From Felis catus (Eukaryota): a DNA stretch of 64,000 nt. The notes below the pieces were generated by a model, which worked only from the letters and a program-made list of their open reading frames with translations, ran no database searches and was not told the DNA's origin. Positions 1-12,399 of this stretch are shown here, one piece after another (the stretch's first letter is position 1; each line of letters opens with the position of its first letter). The stretch covers positions 124,001 to 188,000 of the forward strand of contig NC_058369.1 in assembly GCF_018350175.1 (NCBI RefSeq), in the 5' to 3' direction. The position numbers were made by a program, and so were the translations under genes.

Positions 1-344
1 CAAGCCTCCAGGCCTTTGCCCATGCTCAACCCTTTGCCCCGCATACCTTCCGTTTTCCCATTCCCACCCCCCAGGGGCTGCTCCTCACCCTTCCAGACAG
101 CCCCACAGCCCCCTCCTTCCTGCAGCCTTCCCCACTCCCTCCTCCTAGGCAGGCCCTCACAGCCCTTCTAAGGGCCCTCCAGGGTCTTCCCCTCTAGACA
201 CGGGCACAGTGAGGTGGGATGGTCTCCATGTAGGCCTAACTCCATCACCAGACTGGGTCTCATAAAAAGCAAGGGCATGTCAAATCTACTTCAACTCCTC
301 AGCTTAATACATGTTTGGATGAGTGAGTAGAAGGATGGGAGGTG

Positions 345-985
345 AGTGATTGGGGAGTGAATGAGTAGATGAATGGATCCATGAATATATAGATAAAGGG
401 ATTAAGAGCTGACTTGTGGGTGGGTAGATGAATGGATGATTCCGTGGATGATAAATGGGTTGATGGATTGTGAACGGAAAGATCATGGGGGATGGATCAG
501 TAGATGGATGGATGGAAGGATGGACAGATGGGTGGATGGATGGTTGGATGGAAGGAAGGGTGGGTGGCTAGTGGGTGGGTGGGTGGATGGATGGGCGGAT
601 GGATGGAAGGATGGTTGGATGGATGCATGGACAGACGGACAGATGGATGGAAGGAAGGGNNNNNNNNNNNNNNNNNNNNNNNNNNNNNNNNNNNNNNNNN
701 NNNNNNNNNNNNNNNNNNNNNNNNNNNNNNNNNNNNNNNNNNNNNNNNNNNNNNNNNNNNNNNNNNNNNNNNNNNNNNNNNNNNNNNNNNNNNNNNNNNN
801 NNNNNNNNNNNNNNNNNNNNNNNNNNNNNNNNNNNNNNNNNNNNNNNNNNNNNNNNNNNNNNNNNNNNNNNNNNNNNNNNNNNGATCAACAGATGGACTG
901 GATGATGAGCAGTGGGTTCATGGATAGGTTGGTGAGTAGATAGATGAGTGAATGGATGGATAGATGAACTGATTGATCAGTGAGT
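345..985 (+). repeat. (GGAT/TGGA)n-type simple repeat with an internal gap
   Basis: Repeated tggatggatgg/gatga units flanking Ns at 660-883. Confidence 0.9.
660..883. other. Assembly gap
   Basis: Run of N. Confidence 1.
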
Positions 986-1385
986 AGATGAGCAAATGGG
1001 TGATAGGTCAAAAGAGGAAAGGGTGGATGGGAGACTGGAATCAGGTTATTAAATTCAGCACTTAAGGTGGAAGTGAGTTTTTTGGAGTCTGTGGAGGGAA
1101 TTGCCACATTTGCCACAGTCCCCACTGTGCCCTGTCATCCCCTGATGTCACGGATGGGCCCCAGATGCCCTCTTGGCACCATATGTTACACAGGGTCACT
1201 GTCACCCTGGCCCACTTCCTCATTCAGGTTCTCTCAGGGCCCCAGCCCCTCCTCGGAGTCCCTTAATTTGTCATTCCAAAGACACTGAAATTCTAAGAAC
1301 CTGATGATGGGAGGAGAAGGAGAGGACAGAGGTGGGAGCCTGAACGGGCGGGGTCCTTGTGGGGAAGCATTGATCAGATACTCAC

Positions 1386-1499
1386 CCCGAGACTTGCCCC
1401 GGCCCTGCATGGAGTAAGCAGGGGTGCAGCTTCGGCCAAACCGGGTGACTTTTGGGTCCAAGAAGTAGACTGGCCCAGGGCTGACGTCCTGTGGAGACG
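1386..1499 (-). CDS. CIMAP1D: CIMAP1D (ODF3L2) coding exon 3; the final coding exon is outside the window
   Basis: ccccag| acceptor, [38 protein letters not shown] (SHIPPO/ODF3-type PGP and PAYSM motifs), donor G|GTGAG; 114 nt, phase 1-1. Confidence 0.93.
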
Positions 1500-2160
1500 C
1501 TGGGGAGAGGAGCCCCCGGTCCTAATGGCACCTCTGATGGCCCCACCGACCCCGCTCAGTGCCCCTGGTCGGCCCCACCCCCAGCCCCATCTTGGAGAGC
1601 AGGGACCTTAGACCACTGACCTGGGGGCCCCGGGTACCTGCTTTGACTTTGTCTGACGAGCACATCAGTGCCCTTGTGATCACAGCTGTGCCCCCTCGAC
1701 CTCTCTTCTGCCGCAGACTAGGAAACCAGCTGGTGGGTGGGTCAGGACTGTGCCACAGTAAGAGTAACTAGGCTCTGAGGAGGGCCCTTTGCATGCTTGG
1801 GCTTGTCATGGGGCATGCCTAAGGGGGCCTTGAGTCGGACCTCGGGGGTCTCAGCAGGGCCTCCGTGAGTTTTGTCTGTGGGCAGGCCATCTCCCTGTCT
1901 CTGCCTCTGTTTCCCCACTGGCAGGGTGAGTGAGGAGATTGAAAGCTGAGAGGGCCCATGGAGGGCAGCCTGGCACAGGGCACTTCCCTGCTGGAGCCAG
2001 TCACTGGGGCCAGTGCTGTCACTGCCGCTTCCAAGCCATTCGGGCATAAATGCACACGCATCGGTGTGTGGCGTGTGGGACACACACTCACTGGCTAGCG
2101 GCTCTGTGTGCATGCGGCACACACACGCAGGGAGCACCTTTGCTGACAAAGGAAGGGCGT

Positions 2161-2246
2161 CCCTCTCCTCATCAAGGCCTCTGCCTGGGCTGTCCTTCCT
2201 GGGCCCTCTCCTCATCAAGACCTCTGCCTGGGCTGTCCTTCCTGGG
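2161..2246 (+). repeat. 43-bp tandem duplication
   Basis: ccctctcctcatcaag(g/a)cctctgcctgggctgtccttcctggg twice, one mismatch. Confidence 0.95.
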
Positions 2247-3342
2247 CCTCTTGTCTCCTGGGGCTCCATGGAACTCCTCCTCCTGCAAGCCCAGACTGTA
2301 GGCCTCCTCCTCCAAGAAGTCTTCCCTGGGCATTAGCAAAGTCTACACTGGCCACCACTCACCCTCAACTCCCCAATCTGTCCCTCTGCCCCAGAGTGTG
2401 TCCTGTGACAAGGACAGAACCTGGGAACCCAGGTCGCCCTGGGCCACAGGCGAAGTTCTTAACCCTTCCTGGTGATAGATGTCATGCTGATTCCCTCCTT
2501 TGCCTTCCTGGGGACCCCTTGGAGTTGCCTGAGTTGGGTTTCAGTTTGGTTTGGGGTTTTTGCTGATTCTGAAGATGTCAGCCGCCCCCTCCCCACGTGC
2601 CTTCGTCCAGGTGAATCAAAGTCCTCATTCAGGGCCCTTCCCACCCAGGTGCACTTGGGACCTCAGAGCAGCTCTAGAAAATGGGGTGAGGGAATTTGTG
2701 GGCATTCATATGAAGGGCACAGTCTTGCTAGAACGTGCCGGTGACACTGCTAATAGGCGTGGACGGTGTGCTGGGGCCAGGGCCACCCACATTAACAGCA
2801 TCGATGCCCGTGACGTTCACTCACATCCTGACGCCGTCATTCCAGCCGGGAGAAGGGTGCACCACGCGGAGGCGAGGAACCCCGCTGACGGGGCCAGCCC
2901 CACCGCCTGCTGCCTGCCCAACAGCAGGAATTGTCACCCTGTCCTCTCCACAGCTGCCTGTGAGGGGCCTCGTCTTGCCGACAGAGAAACCCCTCCGCAC
3001 CCACTCCTACTGAGCACTGTGCAGATCCGCAGACTGTGGGAGCTACTCGTAATGGATGTTTGTTTAACCCCGAGGACAGCTCTGTGAGGAGCGTGGCACC
3101 ACTCCTCACAGAGAAGGAGACGAGGGCACAGAGCGGTTAGGACGCTGGTCCAAAGTCCAGGGGTCTGCAGCGGCCCAAAGACACACTCGGGCCCTAAGCA
3201 CCACGCCCTGCTGTCTTCTGCCTACGAGGACGCAGCTTCTCCAGGCTCCCGCAGCAAGCTGCCTGCCTCCCTCGGGGGGCCTGAGGGGACACAGGGGGCT
3301 TGGGAGGCCCCCGCCCCCACCCGCACCCCCTGCTGGCCTTAC

Positions 3343-3450
3343 CTGGGCTGGGCCTCCGGAAGAGTGAGTAGGCGGGACTGACCACCCTGGTGCAGTCGTG
3401 GTTGACGTAGCCCACGGTGGACGGCAGGACGTACAGGCCCGGTCCGGAGC
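3343..3450 (-). CDS. CIMAP1D: CIMAP1D (ODF3L2) coding exon 2
   Basis: cgcag| acceptor, [36 protein letters not shown], donor G|GTAAGG; 108 nt, phase 1-1. Confidence 0.93.
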
Positions 3451-3656
3451 CTGCGACCAAAGCCCTCAGGTGAGGGCCTGGGGCCCGGACACCCTGAGAC
3501 TAGGGGGAGAACCCGGGGCCAGCCCCTGAGCCCCCGCCTGGGCTCCCAACCACCCTCCGTGGCACGTGGAGGTGGGGGAGCTGCCCCCACTGGAGGGGGA
3601 AAAGTGAGGGAGGGGCATTGTGAGTCACATCTGAGTCAAAGGTAGGAGGGGCTGCA

Positions 3657-4740
3657 GGCCCAGACAGAGATACACTGTCACGTGGGGAAACTGAGGCCCA
3701 GACACGGAGATACAGTGTCACGTGGTGAAACTGAGGCCCAGACACAGAGATACACTGTCACGTAGGGGAAACTGAGGCCCAGACACGGGGATACACTCTC
3801 ACGTAGGGGAAACTGAGGCCAGACACGGAGATACACTGTCACGTGGGGAAACTGAGGCCCAGACACGGAGATACAGTGTCACGTGGTGAAACTGAGGCCC
3901 AGACATAGAGATACACTGTCACATTGGGGAAACTGAGGCCCAGACACAGAGATACACTGTCACGTAGGGGAAACTGAGGCCCCAGACACGGGGATACACT
4001 CTCACGTAGGGGAAACTGAGGCCCAGACACGGAGATACACTGTCACGTTGAGGAAACTGAGGCCCAGACATGGAGATACACTGTCACGTGGGGAAACTGA
4101 GGCCCAGACACGGAGATACACTGTCACGTAGGGGAAACTGAGGTCCAGACACGGAGATACACTGTCACATTGGGGAAACTGAGGCCCAGACAGAGATACA
4201 CTGTCACATTGGGGAAACTGAGGCCCAGACAGATACACTGTCACATTGGGAAACTGAGGCTCAGACACAGCGATACACTGTCATGCTGGGGAAACTGAGG
4301 CCCAGACAGAGATACACTGTCACGTGGGGAAACTGAGGCCCAGACACAGAGATACACTGTCACATAGGGGAAACTGAGGTCCAGACACGGAGATACACTG
4401 TCACATTGGGGAAACTGAGGCCCAGACAGAGATACACTGTCACATTGGGGAAACTGAGGCCCAGACAGAGATACACTGTCACATTGGGGAAACTGAGGCT
4501 CAGACACAGAGATACACTATCATGTTGGGGAAACTGAGGCCCAGANNNNNNNNNNNNNNNNNNNNNNNNNNNNNNNNNNNNNNNNNNNNNNNNNNNNNNN
4601 NNNNNNNNNNNNNNNNNNNNNNNNNNNNNNNNNNNNNNNNNNNNNNNNNNNNNNNNNNNNNNNNNNNNNNNNNNNNNNNNNNNNNNNNNNNNNNNNNNNN
4701 NNNNNNNNNNNNNNNNNCACGTGGGGAAACCGAGGCCCCG
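3657..4740 (+). repeat. About 40-bp minisatellite (VNTR) in CIMAP1D intron 1
   Basis: About 22 visible units of cccagacacggagatacactgtcacgtggggaaactgagg, variants of 38-42 bp, interrupted by the N-gap. Confidence 0.97.
4546..4717. other. Assembly gap inside the minisatellite
   Basis: Run of N. Confidence 1.
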
Positions 4741-5312
4741 ACAGAGACACCCCACCACAGCTGCAGTGCTTGGTGTCCTCAGCAAGAATGTCAGGGCCAC
4801 GGAGCTGTCTTGCTACACGCAGATCAATGAGGCAGGGGCCTCGACCCTCACTGAGGATGCACAGCGTCAGAACCAGAGTGCCCGTGGCCCCTGCAGAGTG
4901 TCCAGGCCTCAAGCCTCCACACCCGCCCGTTCTCTCCTTGCCGCTCTCCGTTGTCGAAGGCACTTATCACTAATATGCTCTAAATTCTGCTTATTGGTTT
5001 TCCTTGTGTGTGTCTCCCCCACAGACCTTTGCTGCTCTGTCACTGCTGTAGCATCAGCACCTGCAAGGGTGCCTGGCCCATAAAATGCTCAGTCCTTGCT
5101 GGGTGGAGGACTGCACAAGAGCCAACAGAAATGCTATCTTCACACCCATTCCGCTGCGAGGAAAACTGAGGTTTAGGGAGGAGCAGGGAGTCATCAGAGC
5201 CTCCCCCCCTCCAGGTGGCTCCCAGAATATTCTAGAAGCCCCAGCACAGCTGGGGAGAATAGAGGACGAGATCCCACCACCATGGCCTCCCTCCCCCACG
5301 GTTGGTGCGTAC

Positions 5313-5415
5313 CGTTCTCCGAGGTGGCCGTCCCACAGGACTTCCTCAAGCCGGTCTGAACACTCTGGCACTCAGTGGTCAGCCGTGGAGCAGGGTTGCA
5401 GCCAAGGGTCCCCAT
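5313..5415 (-). CDS. CIMAP1D: CIMAP1D (ODF3L2) first coding exon
   Basis: ATG at 5415; MGTLGCNPAPRLTTECQSVQTGLRKSCGTATSEN-G matches the recalled ODF3L2 N-terminus (GLRKSCGTATxENG); phase-1 donor G|GTACGC. Confidence 0.9.
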
Positions 5416-6168
5416 GGTGAGCAGGGGAGGTGGCTGCACGAGGCACAGGGGCCGGGCAGGTCCTGCGCCTGGTGTTTTCTCCTCAGCTGCAGCGGCTCCG
5501 GGCCGCAGGTCAGGTACTGTCCTCAGTCCTTGCAGCCTGTGCTGGTGTCGGCAGAGCCCCAGCCTCACCACACCCCCCTGGGGACGGCACAGACAGTCCC
5601 TTGTCCCGCAGCACAGAGTCTTGGGGCCCCAGCCCTAGCAGGCTGGTCGGCGGACGTTGGCCTGGAAGTGAGGCCAGGATCAAGTGTCGGCCCGGTGGCT
5701 GGATGGTCCAGGGAAGAATCCGGTGTCAGCAGAGCAGGTCCCCGGAGAGCCGCCAAGCTGGGCAGCCGGGGCCAGAGAAGGCTCCAGGGAGCCAGAGCCA
5801 CAAACACAACACCTACAGCCATGTAGCAGAAGGGACTGGTGAGGTCATGGGCAGTGTGGCCCCATTTCTACAGCTGGGGAAACTGAGACGCAGCCCAAGG
5901 TCGTACAGTGAATTTACCACTCTGGGGGTTGCAACTTTAGGCCAAGAAGCCTGCCTGCATTCTTCCTTCCTTCTTGCCTTCATCCAATAAGCACCTATTG
6001 AGCACCTACTGCATACAGGTTCTGTTTGGGTTGGTGGGGATACAACAGGAATACACAGACAAGAAGGTAGTGTTCTCAGGAGAGGACAAAGCACATAGTA
6101 TATATAAACACATAGTAATATAAATAAGCACATAGTATATAAGGAGGCGTCAAATGTGCTAGAAAACA

Positions 6169-6389
6169 GGGGCGCCTGGGCGCTCAGTCGGTTGTGTCAG
6201 ACTTCGACTCAGGTCATGATCTCGCGGTTTGTGGATTCGAGCCCCGTGTCGGGATCTGCGCTGACAGCTCAGAGCCTGGAGCCTGCCTCAGACTCTGTGT
6301 CTCCCTCTCTCTCTGCCCCTCCCCCGCCCCCGCATATGTGTGCACCCACACGTGCTCTCTCTCAAAATAAATAAACTATTTAAAAAAAT
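6169..6389 (+). mobile_element. Feliform CanSINE (SINEC_Fc type)
   Basis: ggggcgcctggg...tcaggtcatgatctcgcgg...(CT)n...A-rich tail. Confidence 0.92.
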
Positions 6390-7835
6390 GGAAGAGAGAC
6401 ATTACTACAGACCCCACACATGAAAGGGATAGCATGGTCTGTGTGAAGCCACCAGAAAATTCCCATGTGCTCAGGCACTTCATGTGCCTCGTGTTGTTTA
6501 ATTATCTCAGCATCTCACTGACGGAAATGCAGCTGCTAAAACCTCACCTGTGGTTACAGGTGGGGAAACTGAGGCTCAGAGCTCAGGTCCCTGAGTAACG
6601 TCAGCAGAGCCAGGAGTTGAATCCAGGGCTCTCTGACTCAGATTTTAGCTCGAGGGTCCAGGTCTTCTCCCAGACTGCAACCCCCGCTCAGCCTTCTGGG
6701 AGTGCTGGGGGTCCACTGCCAGCCCTCCCTGGCACTCGAGGCCCCGCGGGGCCCAGTCTTGCCCGTTCTGCCCTCGCCCCCTCTCCTCTGGCCACAGTAG
6801 CAACCTCCCAGTCCTTAAAGCCACTCAAGCCAGTTCCCACCTCAGGGTGCTTACCTGGGCTCCCTTCACCTGGGGAGACTCGGCCAACAAATCAGCCCAT
6901 AGCCAGTCCCATCCTCAGTAACCTGTGGGCCCCCAAAGTACACAAGCCATTGCTTCCTTCCAGAAGCAGCACAAACTCCAGAGCTGTGACCAGAACTGGG
7001 CACTGAGGATGGAGATGGGAGATAGACACCCCCACCTCCTCCTCTCCCTCCTGGCAGAGTCTCTGATTGACCCAAGCTGGCCAGAAGTGCAGGATACGGC
7101 CGCTGGGGTCAGCCTCAAGGACCCTAGGCCAGGCAGAGAAAGAACCAGCGTGCCGGCCGGAGGACAGTCCTTCATCCAGGTGCTAGCTGGGACTCAGCCC
7201 CAGCTGCCTTAGCTTCCCCACTGTGACATAGGAAGGAGCCAAGAGCGAGTGTGGGGTGGGGAACAGACTGGAATGATTGCCTGAGCCTGAAAGGGAGGTT
7301 TTGGGGGCCTCAAGGTCCAGCAACATCACCAGACTGAGCTTAGGCACCCCAGCCGGCCTCGATCCATGACCACTCGGCTCCTCCAGCTCTCACTTTCAGC
7401 TCAGGACCCGCACAACTGCCAGGTAACAGCATGTGAATGAGAAGCTAATTAATTGTAAGCCCATGCACATGAGCCATGTTTTTAATCCAACGTATTCACT
7501 GGCAGAAAAGAGCAGATCAGCAAACTGAAACAAGGAAGCCCGGACTGGGATGGGGCACAGGGCTCTGCCCTGGCAACACGGCGCCGCGTGGGGGCCGCGG
7601 CTGAGGCCGCGGGCCTCAGTGCCTCGGAGGAGGCTGCAGGGTCTGAGCGCATAAGGGTTAACCCGACCTTTACCCATCTGTGTGCCCGCCGCGTGCAGGC
7701 ACTGTTCAGGTGCTGGGAAAAGAGGTGTGCACAAAACACACAAACTCCCTTCCTCACCCTTTTGTTGAAAGAAGCAAACAAGTGAGTTACACTGCTTTAG
7801 AAGGCAAAGCAGTGCCGTGGAGCAAAACCAAGGCT

Positions 7836-8035
7836 GGGGCGCCCCGGGGGGGCTCCGCCGGTCAGGCGGCCCACTTGGGCTCGTGATCTCACGGTCCGTG
7901 GGTTCGAGCCCCGCGTCCGGCTCTGTGCTGACAGCTCAGACCTGGAGCTGCTTCGGATCCTGTGTCTCCCTCTCTCTCTGCCTCTCCCCCACTCAAGCTC
8001 TGTCTTTGTCTCTCTCCAAAATAAATAAACATGGA

Positions 8036-8083
<48 letters not shown>

Positions 8084-8100
8084 CAGGAAGAAAGAAACAG
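7836..8100 (+). mobile_element. CanSINE with (GAAA)n tail expansion
   Basis: SINE body, (gaaa)n at about 8033-8095, TSD-like aaaaccaagg on both sides. Confidence 0.9.
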
Positions 8101-8440
8101 AAAACCAAGGGTAAGGAGAGGTTGGAGGTGTGGAGAGTTTCCAGTCTGACATGAAGTGGTCACTGAGAAGGTGACATTCACGCAGAGACTTGAAGGAGGT
8201 TGGGGGTGGAGGGGGCGGTCTGGGGAGAAGACACAGCAGGCAGAGGCACAGCGGGTACAAAGGGTCTGAGCCTCGAGTGCACCGGGCGTCCGGCAGGAGC
8301 AGCGAGGAGGCCCGTGTTGAGTGGAACAGAACGAGCGATGGGGAGAGAGGGAGCGGGCCGTGCAGGGTCCCGGAGGAGGCACCGCGGAGCCCCCGAGGGC
8401 CGCGGGCAGAGCCGGCACCTGCTCGAGCCGGTGCTCACTG

Positions 8441-8454
8441 GCGCCCTCTGGCGG
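8441..8454 (-). promoter_or_regulatory. CTCF-like motif in a small CpG-rich patch
   Basis: Minus strand reads CCGCCAGAGGGCGC, a close match to the CTCF core, within CpG-rich 8270-8520. Confidence 0.55.
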
Positions 8455-9474
8455 CCGCGGGGAAACAGACCGTGAGCGGGGCTCAGGGGAGGGGGCTGGT
8501 CCCGGACGGGTGTGGGGAGGTGGGGGGCTTGGTGGGCGGTGGTGGAGGAGGAGGTAAGAAGCAGGTGGGTCCTGGATCTATTTTAAAACTACAAGCAACA
8601 GGGTTTGTGGCACATTTGAGGTAGGGGTGAGGGGACCGGAGGTGTTGGGGACGCTCCCTGTTACTAGGAGGGAACACGCAGGGGAGGGGCAGGTTAGGAG
8701 AAGGTCTAGAGCTCAGTTTGGGAACTGTGAGGTGTGGACTCTCCGGTGGACAGCCAGCTACGCGGGTCCAGGCTGTTGGCTCTCTGGGCTACATAACAAA
8801 TCCCCCCCCCTCCCCGCAACACAGTGGCTCAAAAAACACCCACATTTCTTACCTCACAGCTTCTGAAGACAGTCCATAGACAGAGTTGGGTCCTCTGCTC
8901 AGGCTGCAGTGCTGCTGTTGGCCAGGGCTGAGGGCTCATCCAGAGGCTCCCCCGGGGAGGGGCCCACGTCCCAGCTCCCCGGGGTTGCTGCAGGATCTGT
9001 GGCTGTGGGACTGGGGGGCCCACCTCCAGCTGGCTTCTGGCCAGGTGGCCTCCAAGCATGGCTGCTTAGTTCCTCAAAGCCCCAAAGGAAAAAGTCTGCG
9101 CAACATGCAGGATGGAGCTTATGTTGTTTATAACAGTAACGGGAGCAGGTGTCCCACCCAGGGCCCGGGTTCTTCTTCCCTCTCTCAGCCCATCTCTTCC
9201 TGAACCCATCAGATCCTTCTTCAATCACGTATCACTGCCCCCAAATCCCCTCGCGTCCCTTCTTCCCCTGCTACCCGTCTTCTGCACAAGAACAAAATGA
9301 TCTTTTGAAGTCAAAAAGTCACCCAGTACCTGTGTCCTGCTCACAAAACATTCCCCAGGCTCCCACTGTGCCATCAACAAATCCAAACTTCTAACCTTGC
9401 CTTTGTTTGGCCGTGAGGGCACAGGCTGCATTTATTGGGCACCTACTACATACCAGCCTCTGTGCAGGTGCAAC

Positions 9475-9790
9475 AACACAGCCCACAAGAAACAGAATGC
9501 AAACCACATGTGCAATTTTGAATTTTCTAGCAGCCATGTCAGAAAAAGAAACAAGATCATTTTAATGATACATTTTATTTAACTCAGCATAACCAAAATG
9601 TCATTCCAGCATACGAAAGTTGTGCTTGAGACATTTTACATTCTTCTTTCCTGCTAAGGCTTCAGAACCTAGTGTGTCTTGTGCCCACAGCACATCTCAG
9701 CTTGGGGTCCAGATGCTCAGCCACGGTCCAGATGCTCGGTGACCACACGTGGCCACTGTGTGGTCAGCACAGATTTAGAGTGCTTTAGAA
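9475..9790 (+). mobile_element. hAT DNA transposon (MER33-like)
   Basis: aatgcaaaccacatgtgcaattttgaattttctagcagccatg...attttatttaac...cagcacatctcag. Confidence 0.6.
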
Positions 9791-10626
9791 CCAAACCCTT
9801 AGTCCTGTGGCAGTCGGTCCCCCAGGGGACACTGCAGAATGTCTAGGGGCACCTTCTGTTGCAAAGACTGGGCGGGAAGGGTGCTCCTGACACTTGAGGG
9901 TGTGGGAGCCAGGGATGCTGCAGGGGAGGACTGATGCAGAGGGCTGCAACCAGCATCTGTCCCCGCAGATCAGGCCCGCCCACATAGCCAGCACTGACAT
10001 CCCTGGACAGGATGCTTCCTGCCCTCCAGAAGCCCCACCATGCCCCCTTGCACTCCTCTCCTCCCCTCTACCCTGTAACCACCATGGTGACTTCAAAAGC
10101 AGGGCTATATTGTCCCCCCCTTTTTTTGCTTTACATAAATGGTAGTGCACTGCGTTCCCGTGAGCCCTCTTTCCCTGGACCTAGTGTGTACGATTCATCC
10201 TCTTGCTGGGTTCGACTGTAGACCATTCACTCTCATCGCTGGGTGTAATATCCCGTTGCATGAAGACGGCACACTTTATCTGATGAGCTTCTAGGAGGTT
10301 TCCCCTTGAGGCTACTGCAGATAATGCCGTTCCCAACATTCCAGGCGGAGGGCACAGCCTGTGCCAAGGCCCTGGGGAATCGCTGGGCCTTTGTGTTGAA
10401 GAGCGAGGAAGCTCTTGTGGCTGGACCAGCAGAGCAAGGAGGAGAGGAGGAGAGGGAGGCAAGGGAGGAGGACGGGGTGAGGGGGCAGGTGGTGGACATG
10501 GGCTTTTACCCTGAGGGAGGTGGGAGCCCTGAAGGGCCCTGGGCAGAGGAGGGGTGAGGTCAGGTGTAAGAGAAAAGAAGCCAAGGCTTCTTTGGACCTG
10601 AATCTCCTCAAGAACGGATCTGACCT

Positions 10627-10847
10627 CGGGGCGCCTGGGTGGCGCAGTCGGTTAAGCGTCCGACTTCAGCCAGGTCACGATCTCGCGGTCCGTGAGTTCG
10701 AGCCCCGTGTCCTGGGGCTCTGGGCTGATGGCTCAGAGCCTGGAGCCTGTTTCCGATTCTGTGTCTCCCTCTCTCTCTGCCCCTCCCCCGTTCATGCTCT
10801 GTCTCTCTCTGTCCCAAAAATAAATAAATGTTGAAAAAAAAAAAAAA
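10627..10847 (+). mobile_element. Young SINEC_Fc-type insertion with a perfect 17-bp TSD
   Basis: AAGAACGGATCTGACCT at 10610-10626 and 10848-10864; long uninterrupted poly-A. Confidence 0.95.
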
Positions 10848-11919
10848 AAGAACGGATCTGACCTTAACCCAGACGAGGGGGTCTTATTTCTTTAGTTGTT
10901 TATCGCCAGTCTCCCCCACACTCCTCTACGCAACATGCTAGCACACGCACACATAGGCGCGCGCACAGGAAGAGGCGGTAGGAGCCCAGAGCAGGGGCAG
11001 AGCAAACACCTTTGACTTGTGGGTGAAGGGGGCTATCACTGACATCACTCACCACTGCTGTGGGTCTCAGTCCCCACCATTCCCTTCTGGAATCATCTGG
11101 AGGCTGAAAGTGGGGCTGCACCGCCAGGAGGCTGGGTCAGTGACTGGCCTGCTGTTCTCTGTCCCTGGCACACGGGTGGCAGCAGGCCAGGTGTTCATGG
11201 GCCACCGCATCCAGCGTTAGCTGCGGCTCTGGCTCCCCAGTTGCCCTGATCTGTCACTCCCCCAGGGCACTCGCAATTGTCCTCTGTCCTGAGGTCAGCC
11301 CCCTGACTCAGACTCACGTGCCTCTGTGGCTGCCTGCCCCTTTGTTCCGAGCGGACTCTAACAAAGAAGACTTGTTCTCCCAAGACAAGAACACAGTGAA
11401 CCAGGGGAGCCAGGCTCCCCTCCGGTCTCCCTCCAGGAAAGTGGCAGCTCTCCACGTGGGACAGAGCTCTCGTGTTCTGCTGGGTGCCCGGCTGCATGTC
11501 TGCCAAGTCTCCATTTTACAGGTGCAAACACTGAGGTTCAGAGGAAGGAAGGGCTGTATTGGGAGGACTGGAGGGCTGGATAGGGGTCCCGGCAGGCTTT
11601 CCTGGAGCCTACAAACTCCCACCCGGCCAAGTGCTCTCTCTCCTCTCTGGCTCCATCCATCCCTCTGCTGCAGCCCTCTGCCTTCTTTGCTTTTCTAGAA
11701 CACACCAGGCAGCTCGAGCCTCAGAGCCTTTGCACTCACTGTACCTTCCACCCGGTACACCCTTTCCCCCACACATGCTTGCTAAGTCTCTGCTCAGACC
11801 CCTCCTTGAAACATCTTCCTCTGACCACCCAGCTTACCACTCTACCGATCCCTCTTCCACCTTACTCGTTTTTTCTCACAGAATGTATCACTAGCTAACA
11901 CAGTATACCATTCTTCCCA

Positions 11920-12050
11920 TTGCAGTGTTGGGCTGGAGTTGTGAGAGACGACTGTGCAGCTTGCAGGAGTTTCGTGAGCTGGCTGATGCCATGTGGGTAG
12001 TCATGATGGTGGTTTGATCAGCCACGACGGGATAGCGACACCACAGGAAT
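11920..12050 (+). mobile_element. Possible MER63-like hAT fragment
   Basis: cagtgttgggctggagttgtgagagacgactg...caggagtttcgtgagctggctg resembles the recalled MER63 5' end. Confidence 0.35.
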
Positions 12051-12099
12051 GAGCATGCGCCACAGAGTGAGGCTTTTTACCCTGTGTCTCCTGCCCCCT

Positions 12100-12225
12100 C
12101 CCCCTTCCATTAGAATGAACGCTCCTTGGGGCAGGGGTCTGCCCACCTTGACTTCTGCTGTCACCCTGGCACCTAGAACAATGCTTGGCATCTAGGAAGC
12201 ATTCAATAAATACTGGTTGAATTGA
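12100..12225 (+). mobile_element. L2 3' end fragment
   Basis: ttagaatgaacgctccttggggcaggg...cacctagaacaatgcttggcatctaggaagcattcaataaatactggttgaat. Confidence 0.65.
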
Positions 12226-12399
12226 GTGACCCTCATCCCTAGCAACTGCTCTCAGACTTTGACATCAGGTCCCCCGTGACAAACCACCCTTCGGCCTGAC
12301 TCTGGTCTCTGGCACCATTTCGCCAGACTCCGGAAACATCCTCCAACCTTTAGATGACACGCTCGAGTTCCCCAGCACCTTGGCCCCAGGGCGGTCAAT

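Noticed and set aside
304-943. MDGW/HPSI repeat ORFs
   Set aside because: Translations of the (GGAT)n simple repeat and the N-gap
3500-4830. Repeated MSGPQFP ORFs, and the array's superficial CRISPR-like look
   Set aside because: Translations of a head-to-tail minisatellite; there are no unique spacers and this is a mammalian genome
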